Shown in pieces: positions 11,101 through 19,248 of a DNA stretch of 64,000 nt (positions within the stretch are counted from its first letter, which is position 1; every line of letters starts with the position of its first letter). Origin of the DNA: Eledone cirrhosa (Eukaryota); contig OZ024743.1 of NCBI GenBank assembly GCA_964016885.1, positions 297,972,001 through 298,036,000 on the forward strand, read 5' to 3'. The translations under genes and the position numbers were made by a program. The notes below the pieces were generated by a model. It was not told where the DNA came from. It did not search any database and saw nothing but the letters and a program-made list of their open reading frames with translations.

Positions 11101-11871
11101 GCATTGTGTGCAGAGGATATACGCAGACTAGAGAGGAACGAAGCTTGCATGCTCCGCTGGATGTGTAACAGTAATATACGTGAACGGCAAAGCATAAACG
11201 AACTAAGGAAAAAATTAGAGATAAGAGGGATCAGATGTTGTTTACTCAAGAGAAGGCTACGTTGGTATGGACGCGTGATGCGCATGAAAGTCGATAGCTG
11301 TATAACAAAGTGCAGGGCAATAAAGATAGACGGTAGTCACGGAATAGGCAGACCTAGAAAAACCTGGGACGAGCTGATAAACTCCGACATCACACACTTA
11401 CACCTCTCCAAGACAATGTCACTGGACCGAGACCTTTGGCGGTACTCAGTAACAGAGAAGACCCGCCTTACCTAAATATATAGTAAAACCTACTCCAGCC
11501 AGTAGGCATCTCTAACAAAATACACCCCGTCCCACCACCCCCGCCCCCACCCCATCCACACCACCCCGTTCTATGTAAAGTTATGTTGGTGCCGCGCCAT
11601 CGAGGCCGAAACAAATGAGATCGTGTAGGTGTCACGACAAAAAAACACACAGTCCACGCTGTAATGTGGCCGTGTAGGCAACACGGTAAAAACCTCCCAG
11701 ACCCACACTGTAAATGTGGTTGGTGTTAGGAAGGGCATCCAACTGTAGAAAACCTGCCAGACAGTCCTATGCGAGCAAGACAATCACTCTTGCCTCAAGT
11801 GGGACTACCCCCGTCCAAACCCATGCAAGCGTGGAACACGGACGTTAAACGTTGATGATGATGATGATGAT
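8172..11871 (+). mobile_element. Apparently full-length, intact RTE-clade LINE (family A) inserted in (AT)n
   Basis: Short 5' UTR, single long ORF, ~380-nt 3' UTR, (GAT)n tail. Near-identical to the copies at 1327-4643 and 26643-27437. Confidence 0.95.
8305..11475 (+). CDS. RTE ORF: APE-like endonuclease + reverse transcriptase with embedded PHD finger (1056 aa)
   Basis: Endonuclease motifs GTINV, CIQETRW, SAYAPQ, AGDLNGHVG, QVDYIL, SQHRLI. RT motifs NYRGIKL, FVDLEKAFD, QGSVLSP, YADD, FRYLG. C4HC3 finger at 10690-10821. C-terminal RLRWYG...GRPRKTW. Confidence 0.95.
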   Translation: MPKIKTNSPLGRECEHSSLFRPRTANITPSPPAPHRPQPPNAIQNFRVGTINVGTLKGRANEVVEMLERKEVDVCCIQETRWRGGSARFIEGKKRCYKLFWVGNDDGLGGVGIMVAEKWADKIIDVNRVNDRIIKIRLVLNRTTVTVISAYAPQSGLPGTIKDRFYETLMLTTSQISDSDYIIIAGDLNGHVGQHCDGYDEIHGGYGFGTRNEEGSRILEFCDANNLTICNTNFKKRDNHLITYRSGEHTSQVDYILTRRRDRVSVVNTKSLPHEECTSQHRLIISDLIVRTRRTRQQKRTILRRKIWKLKDPTARNKFQSILLDAFDSKEEHLESDNIEGEWEFLKANLLLATDEVCGWSRPVGRRRVTWWWNSKVEGSIKAKKQAWKVWRDGGSREDYQVARREARRQVYLARREAEERKFKHDLQRDDQKREVFRIARQCVKENRDIVGEKCVLNDDGTLAITDADKKVAWKCHYERLLNEENNWEKGSLPHIDPIEGPAVLVEGSIISKAIKDMKTGKAAGPSKIVAEMLKASGTVGHTMVTRIVNQVVQNGVVPKDWHSSIIVNCYKGKGDALDRSNYRGIKLIDQVMKVTEKVIAQLIRERIDLDEMQFGFVSGKSTTDALFIVRQLQEKYLAKGKPLYLAFVDLEKAFDRVPRSIIWWALRKLGVDEWLVRAIQAMYKETVSKVRINNEYSEEFSVKVGVHQGSVLSPLLFIIALQAITEEFKTGCPWELLYADDLTLIAESMAELEKKFQTWKHGLESKGLKINLAKTKVLVCRKENKAAVPSGKWSCSVCRKGVGRNSILCPKCKVWVHKRCSGITGKLTKNIDFTCGRCSGAISSSKCPQTTSSFNCAEGSIEIVDSFRYLGDKISSGGGCSESTVARVRTGWKKFRELIPLLAAKGFSLKMKGRLYDACIRTAMLHGSETWALCAEDIRRLERNEACMLRWMCNSNIRERQSINELRKKLEIRGIRCCLLKRRLRWYGRVMRMKVDSCITKCRAIKIDGSHGIGRPRKTWDELINSDITHLHLSKTMSLDRDLWRYSVTEKTRLT

Positions 11872-11909
11872 ATATATATATATATATATATATTAATATA
11901 TATATATAT

Positions 11910-11943
<34 letters not shown>

Positions 11944-11981
11944 ATATATATATATTAATATATATATATATATTATATATA

Positions 11982-12032
<51 letters not shown>

Positions 12033-12327
12033 ATATTATATATATATATATATTATATATATATATATATATTATATATATATATATTATATATATATAT
12101 ATAATATATATATATATATTATATATATATATATATATTATATATATATATATATTATATATATATATATATTATATATATATATATATTATATATATAT
12201 ATATTATATATATTATATATTATATATATATATATATATTATATATATATATATTATATATATATATATAATATATATATATATAATATATATATATATA
12301 ATATATATATATATATATAATATATAT

Positions 12328-12360
<33 letters not shown>

Positions 12361-12575
12361 TATATATTATATATATATATAATATATATATATTATATAT
12401 ATATATATATTATATATATATATATTATATATATATATATTATATATATATATATATATTATATATATATATATATTATATATATATATATATTATATAT
12501 ATATATATAATATATATATATATAATATATATATATATATTATATATATATATATAATATATATATATATAATAT

Positions 12576-12623
<48 letters not shown>

Positions 12624-12634
12624 TATATATATAT

Positions 12635-12665
<31 letters not shown>

Positions 12666-12707
12666 ATATATATATATATATTATATATATTATATATATA
12701 TATATAT
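11872..12707. repeat. Long interrupted (AT)n microsatellite
   Basis: About 840 bp directly following the (GAT)n tail of the intact RTE. Confidence 0.95.
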
Positions 12708-12901
12708 ATAGGAACCAGTAAGACCCCGACAGCTGAGCTCAAGCCGTTTCGACGGCTAATTCTGGACTCAGAATTAGCCGTCGAAACGGCTTGAGCTCAG
12801 CTGTCGGGGTCTTACTGGTTCCTATTACCCACTCTACTACCTCAAGTATTGAGTACTTTGGTGCGTTATGGTCCACCTGGTTCCTTACCACATTTCCTTC
12901 G

Positions 12902-12902
<1 letters not shown>
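12708..12902 (+). mobile_element. Fold-back hairpin (57-bp arms, GACT loop) with the 3' half of a hammerhead core; Penelope-like end
   Basis: Arms 12708-12764 and 12769-12825. GAAAC 12783-12787, stem III with palindromic tgagctca, GTC 12803-12805. Unique 3' extension to 12902; (AT)n flanks. Confidence 0.6.
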
Positions 12903-12942
<40 letters not shown>

Positions 12943-12951
12943 TATATATAA

Positions 12952-14265
12952 CTAGCAGAAGTGCCCGGCGTTACTCGGAGTTTAATTGCTTTAAAGTACT
13001 CTTAATTATTCCACTCAATTATGATTATTGAGGCCAGAAAGTAAATACGAGTAAGTTTGAAAATATACAACAATAGCATCTACTCACCATATGTCAGACC
13101 GGCAAGTACCTCGTTGAGCACTGCTGCGGAGTGCATTGGTGTTTAGCCTTTGTAATCGAATTTGCTCAGTCTCTGACGTGCGCCCGGAAGCTGTTGAAGC
13201 GGCGTCCATACGTTGGCGTCTGGAACGTTGCTCTTCGTCCTCAGCAGCACGTGACGCAGCAGTTGAGGCGGCATCTCTTCGTCGTCGTCTGTAACGGTGT
13301 TCTTCGTCCTCACCATCACGCGCCGCAGCGGTGGCGGCAGCATTTTTGCTTCGTCGTCGAGAATGTTGTTCATCAGTTTGCGCTGCACGTGCAACTGCAG
13401 TTAGAAATGCATTCCCGGAGAGGCGGATGCTCCTCTGTTCTTCTGTCTCGGTTGACCGGGTAATTGCATTTCGAGTTGCATTTTGTGACAACCGAGTCAA
13501 TTTCTCGACAGACGACTCTGTAGCTCTTCTTCGTTTGGCAACAGAAGCAGCTTTAGTTTGGCGACTAAGCCGTGATCTTTTTTTGGGGGGCATGACCGTA
13601 GTGTCAAATTATGTGTGGTAGCGAAAAATTTTTAAATGAACAGTGAATAAGTGTAAAGTGAGTACTATGTTGTAGCAGGACCGAACACGTAAATATTTAT
13701 GCAGGTAATGGGGCAAGAAAGGGGGGGGGGGTAGCTAAAAATTTCAATTGAACAGTGAATAAGTGGAAAGTAAGTACTAAGTAAGTTGTTTGAAGAATGC
13801 ACGTCAAATAGTAGGTCAAACCTGTAAGCCAAGCCCGTCTGAGTTATAGCACAAAAGAACGTAAACAGGGGCGATAATTTGGAGCACAGTGGAAAAGAAA
13901 TCATTAAAATTGGACGTTCCTGAAAAAAGTTTTCTCGTTATTTTTTTGTCTCATATTGCTAAAAATAAAGAAAAAAATTACAAAAAGGACAATAAAATAT
14001 AATGTCTTTGTTGAAATTCAAGTAAATAAATGCTTAAGCGTCGATATGACTACGTTTGTTGTATAAATTCATCTGTTGCTCTTGAATATTTGTTATTTGA
14101 TGTAAAATGTAATGGTGAGAGAGGAGCATGTATTTAGTTTTATCGGCTTTTTAAGTTTTGTTATTTGATGTATGAGTATCGTTATGACTGTTTGTTGTTG
14201 TATAAACTGATGTGTTGCTTAGTTTTCAAAGTTTATGTCGCGTTCCTGAAAGAAGTTTTGTCGCT
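12952..14265 (-). mobile_element. Non-autonomous Helitron A (5' end not seen)
   Basis: Minus-strand 3' end ccgagtaacgccgggcacttctgCTAG|T; internal segments 14100-14265 are shared with Helitron C (17475-17630). Confidence 0.75.
13084..13593 (-). CDS. ORF/exon with six 23-aa STPR-like repeats (Helitron RepHel N-terminus type)
   Basis: Basic MPPKKRSRL start, exact 23-aa periodicity (e.g. RSTETEEQRSIRLSGNAFLTAVA), and a strong donor GTGAGT at 13087-13082 overlapping the stop. Confidence 0.7.
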   Translation of the reverse strand: MPPKKRSRLSRQTKAASVAKRRRATESSVEKLTRLSQNATRNAITRSTETEEQRSIRLSGNAFLTAVARAAQTDEQHSRRRSKNAAATAAARDGEDEEHRYRRRRRDAASTAASRAAEDEEQRSRRQRMDAASTASGRTSETEQIRLQRLNTNALRSSAQRGTCRSDIW

Positions 14266-14443
14266 ATATATACAATACTAGCTGAATGACCCGGCGTTGC
14301 CCGGGTTATTGCTATTATGAAGATGTTTTTTTTTCTCATTCATTTTATATAAAATATGTCAAAGTTGTAATGATAATAGAATTTAGAAATGAAAATCTGT
14401 TTAACCCGGTTTTACCCGGGAGATTTGGTTCACTGATAAGAAT

Positions 14444-15277
14444 TCAACTTCTTTTCTCAACCAAGAAACCAACAAAAATCACAAAAAGGGAACACGAAAA
14501 ACAAAAAATATTAAGAATAACAAACCGAAATCCCTCCTTTGCTTCGGCTGACTCTTCGAGAATAGAGCGTTGATTGCGAATACGCTGGTCAGCAAGGCGG
14601 GCCTCCCTTGCTTCGGCTGACTCTTCGAGAAGAGAGCGTTCATTGCGACCGCGCATGTCAGCAAGGCGAGCCTCCCTTGCTTCGGTTGACTCTTTGAGAA
14701 TAGAGCGTTGATTGCGAATACGCTGGTCAGCAAGGCGGGCCTCCCTTGCTTCGGCTGACTCTTCGAGAAGAGAGCGTTGATTGCGAATACGCTGGTCAGC
14801 AAGGCGGGCCTCCCTTGCTTCGGCTGACTCTTCGAGAAGAGAGCGTTGATTGCGAATACGCTGGTCAGCAAGGCGGGCCTCCCTTGCTTCGGCTGACTCT
14901 TCGAGAAGAGAGCGTTGATTGCGGCTGCGTTTGTCAGCAAGGCGGGCCTGCCTTGCTTCGGCTGACTCTTCGAGAAGAGAGCGTTGATTGCGGCTGCGTT
15001 TGTCAGCAAGGCGGGCCTGCCTTGCTTCTTCGGACTCCTCGAGAACCGAGCGTTCACGATACTGACGTGACGTTGAAAGTCTGTCTTCCTTTTGGCTAGC
15101 CGTTTCCTAGTAAAATAAATACAAAAAAAAGTTAATTTAAAATAAAATACAGATAAACGTGTATTGCAAAGTAAGCATAAAAAATAGAAGGCGTACCTGT
15201 GCTCGCGATTCCCTTTGTCGCAATTTAAGGAGTTTGGTTCTTTTAGAAGAGATAATAGAGCATTTTCGTTTAGGCAT
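14444..15277 (-). CDS. Two-exon STPR-like repeat ORF (join 15277-15197, 15106-14444; ~247 aa), mostly missed by the ORF track
   Basis: Exon 1 MPKRKCSIISSKRTKLLKLRQRESRAQ, then a 90-nt phase-0 GT..AG intron (15196-15107), then exon 2 ETASQKEDRLSTSRQYRERSVLEESEEARQARLADKRSRNQRSLLEESAEAR..., in frame with track ORF 14444-14656. Confidence 0.65.
14533..15060 (-). repeat. 69-bp coding tandem repeat, ~8 units
   Basis: tcggctgactcttcgaga recurs every 69 bp from 14544 to ~15027; encodes EARLADQRIRNQRSLLEESAEAR. Confidence 0.95.
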
Positions 15278-16690
15278 AACCTGTATAAATGGATGTGACA
15301 GAGCATGTTTAAATTTTTTATTTTCTGCTTCCCTTGCAAAGTATACTTGTCACCTAGCTTTTCTCCTAGCATCCTAACAGTGCTCGATACCCCCCCCATT
15401 CTACAATTGTTTCCATGTCTGACTTTTGGCCTTAATTTTCTGCACCCTACTGTTCCACTACCAAGTCACTCTCCCTCACCCTAGAGACCTGTTTCATCCA
15501 CAGATTTCATTTTTTGCCTTCAGGAATTCCCATTGCTCCACTACTTTAATCAGTCATATCAATCCCAGTACTAATTTTTCAAAGCTGGCACTTACTTTAT
15601 TGATCTATTTTGTCAAGTTGCACTAAGTTATGGGATATTAGCACAGTTACAAACCTAAACATGGTAACACGCACACATAGTAGGTTTACACGATCGAACA
15701 AACCGTAAATGATTTTTATTGCAGTAGAAGTCTGCTTAGAACGCGCAAAAAATCAAATCTTGTAATCGAGCGTTCACGATACTGGTGTGACGTTAATGCA
15801 ACCCATTTAAACTGATTATTGTAGTTAAATAAACTAATGAAATAAAAGTATGCCTTATTAATTTGAATGTGTTGTTTATGCAGAAGTCTGCTTAGAACTG
15901 TATTGTTCATTTAAGAATGAAATAAGTTACGAAGAAATGTTTTTCATCAACCAAAAACTCACGTGTTATTAAATTTGAATGTGTTGTTTAAGCAGAAGTC
16001 TGCTTAGAACTGTATTGTCAAGAAATCAATAAAAATATTTTTTATCCAATAACCACGTGTTGAAGTTTCCGTGGAAAATTGTCAAGAAATCGATAAAATT
16101 TCAAGGGAAAAAACTCTTTTAAAAAAAGGGTTATCTCCCTTTGTTATTGGATCATTGAATTTCATCGATTGTTTCATCGATTTTCTCTGTAACCATTGAA
16201 GTTTTTAATTTGAAAGTCGACCCAACGCCTCCTTGGGTCATTGTGCATAACTGTGTAAATTTTCGCTGCATTGCATTAAGCCGTTTCGACGTTTATCCGA
16301 CTACACCTACTTACTTACTTAAATATACAACATCCGACCACTTCCAATTTATTTAGTAGAAGATATATATATACTAGCAGTTTAGCCCGGCATTGCTCGG
16401 GTTTGTTCGTTTGCTATGAAAGGTTACATACAGGTAAATGTGGCTTGAAAGCGAATAAGCCTATCAATTAAGTGCATAAAGCAGTTGAACCGGTTATTAA
16501 AAGTTACGAACCAATTAGCATTTGGGACAATCAATGATGGGTTAATAATCTTCCAATAGCGAATTTAGTAGACCAAATTTGCAAGATGGTGGCCCTGATG
16601 CCGCTGGGTGTCAGATCTGTCCGCCCTGGGTGACCCTACCAGGAAATAGTTTTCCAGACGGCATAGCTGCACCAATACCTGCACCAACAT

Positions 16691-16930
16691 CTATAGCATC
16701 TCTTTGTCGATGATATTGCGTGTCATCCCTTGAGGAGTGTAAGCAAAAAGTCCATTCCTGCTCCCTACGCGGGAACAGGCAACATAAAGTTGACTATGGG
16801 AGAAGCATGGCTCCCCTAAATGGATGCCCGCCACCGACAATGTTTGCCCTTGTGACTTGTTAATGGACATGGCAAAACATGGTCTCACCTGGAATTGGGA
16901 TCGCCGGAAATCGAACGGGATATCTGACGC
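16691..16930 (-). pseudogene. Pif1-like helicase C-terminal fragment
   Basis: RRSQFQVRPCFAMSINKSQGQTL...FSHSQLYVACSRV. Confidence 0.85.
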
Positions 16931-17156
16931 CGAGGGTTCATCCTTGGCAGTGTATGCGGCAGAATTGCCAGAAGTACAACACTATGGGTGTTGTCATATT
17001 AATATTTAACCAATGAAAGTCGTAAAAAATAAATAATTTAAACATTCCGATTCATATGTCTATAGCATTAATCTGTTATATGAAGTGTTATTAAGCCGAT
17101 TTAAAATACCCCAGAAAAGCCGTATGTCAATACGGAACTCCAATGGCTCCCCCAGC

Positions 17157-17476
17157 AATTAAATTATAGAGAGGGGAAATAATCTATTATAGAGAGAGGG
17201 AAGAGCGATGGAGATAGTAAAGCTAAGAAACTATAGGGAGGTGTGTAAAACAGTGTTGTCATATAGAGAGTGAAGAGAGACAGAGAGAGTAAAGCAGTTA
17301 AATTATAGAGAGGGGGAATAATATATTATAGAGAGAGGGAAGAGTGACGGAGAGAGTAAAGCTAAGAAACTATAGGGAGGTGTGTTAAACCTCAAAGTAT
17401 CAAGAGAGTAAAGCAGTTAAATTATAGAGAGGGGGAATGATCTATTATAGAGAGAGGGAAGAACGACGGAGAGAGC
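17157..17476. repeat. GA-rich minisatellite (~3 units of 120-140 bp) inside Helitron C
   Basis: ttaaattatagagagggggaat..atctattatagagagagggaag occurs three times; a related reverse-complement copy lies at 22920-23050. Confidence 0.8.
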
Positions 17477-18139
17477 GTTATGACTATGTTTGTTGTATAA
17501 AATGATGTGTTGCTTAGTTTTCAAAGTTTATGTCGCGTTCCTAAACGAAGTTTTGTCGCTGTTGGGTAGTAGAGAGTGAATAAGAGTGTAAGAGAGAGGG
17601 TTACAGCATGTATTTAGTTTTATCGATTTTTTTTCATAGAAGCAGAAAATTGTTGACCATCGTTGACCATTGAAAAAAAATCATCAAAATCGGTAGAGAA
17701 ATGTGGAAATGCATAAAAATCATACACACACACGGACAGACATCTTCCGTTTTATATATAGAGAGATTATAGAGAAGGAGCTCATAGATGGGACAACACA
17801 CTGTTTTTCGTGGGGGTAAGTTTTTATTAATTTTCGTATTCTGAAAGATCAAAATACAACAAAATTTTTGCTCATTGGACTCCGGGGAAATGTTCTGACA
17901 AAAGCTGTGGAAGCTACAGAAATATTCCATATATTTTTCCAGAGCAATCTCTATTTAAAAATTTTACATTTTACGCTTACTAGTCCTCCATTGCAAAATG
18001 GCCATAAATTCATACAGCTCACTGCCCCCCGCCACCACAATAACGTCTACACTCGCTCCCCCACCACCACCACATAAGTCATTACCCTATCTACACTAAG
18101 ATGTCTGACCTGTTGACATCTAACTCCTTTCCCTGTGTT

Positions 18140-18680
18140 GAATGTGTGTGTATATATATATATATATATATGTATGTGTATGTATATATATATATATATC
18201 TCAGTCGATGCAACCAGATTTCAACACAGCAACAACAACAGCAACAACACCATTGTCTGTGTTGAATGTGTGTGTATGTATGTGTATGTATATATGTGTA
18301 TGTATATATATGTATATGCATATATCACACACGTGAAGCGACCAAATTTCAAAATTTCAACCCAGCAACTACAACAACAGCAACAACAACAACAGCAACA
18401 ACACCATTGTCTGCCACAGCAGCATCAGTGAAATGAACAAGAACAACGGCAGCAGCAACGACGACGACAACTGCCGCTACCACCACTGGCACCATCCACC
18501 ACCACCACCATCATTGACGCCATCCACCACCACCGCCAACACCATCACTGATACCATCCACCACAACCACTATCACCATCACTGACCCCATCCACCACCA
18601 CCACCATCATCCACCACCACCATCACCATCCACCACCACCACCACCATCACTGACACCATCCACCATCACCACCATCACC
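18140..18680. repeat. Mixed microsatellites (TG/TA, CAA/CAG, CAC/CAT)
   Basis: Directly visible low-complexity tracts. Confidence 0.9.
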
Positions 18681-19248
18681 AGCGATCAGGCCTTAGGAAG
18701 AAAACAATTATAATACTAAATAACTATTCTGTTCTTGGCACGGGGCAGCGATTGTCCCAGCGCATTGCTGGTGCCTTGTTTTGGGGGCTCGGAGCGTGGA
18801 GAGCCGTTGTTCTATGCTGTAAAGCAAACAATTATTATTATTATTATATAAAAACTGAACTGGAAAAGTCAACAGTTGACATGATTTTGTATCAGTACTG
18901 ACGGTAATACATGCATGTGTGTGTGAGTGAGTGGCGTGTGTGTGTTTGTATGCATGGGTGTCGGTGTGTGAGTGAGTGTGTGTGTGTGTCTACTGTGAGT
19001 GTCAATAAGTGGTGGGGTTTTTTTTTTGGGGGGGGGGGGGGGGGTTATGACCATGCTGTAAAATGGAGGGGTAGAGAGGGCCCATGAGTCCAGTAAGACA
19101 TACTCTCTAGTGCTGGTGGCACGAATAAAAGCACCCAGTCCATGCTGTAAGGTGGCACTGGTGTTAGGAAGGGCATCCAACCAGTGTATCAATGCCAAAA
19201 TAATTATAAGCACAGCAACAAGTATATAGGAACAAAAAAAAAAAAAAT

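Larger units (their letters stand above)
14278..16363 (-). mobile_element. Non-autonomous Helitron B
   Basis: 5' A|TCttctactaaataaa at 16363; 3' cccgggcaacgccgggtcattcagCTAG|T at 14278. Confidence 0.8.
16374..17766 (-). mobile_element. Non-autonomous Helitron C
   Basis: 5' A|TCtctctatatataaaacggaagatgtctgtccg; 3' cccgagcaatgccgggctaaactgCTAG|T; carries a Pif1 C-terminal fragment. Confidence 0.85.

Noticed and set aside
14533-15060. CRISPR-like array (also considered for 53820-54090 and 52975-53165)
   Set aside because: Contiguous tandem units without unique spacers, no cas genes, eukaryotic context.
14479-15399. 306-aa ORF with SKSQPKQGRPALLT repeats, and the plus-strand 14746-15099 ORF
   Set aside because: Alternative frames of the 69-bp repeat; the splice-supported frame is the EARLADQR one.
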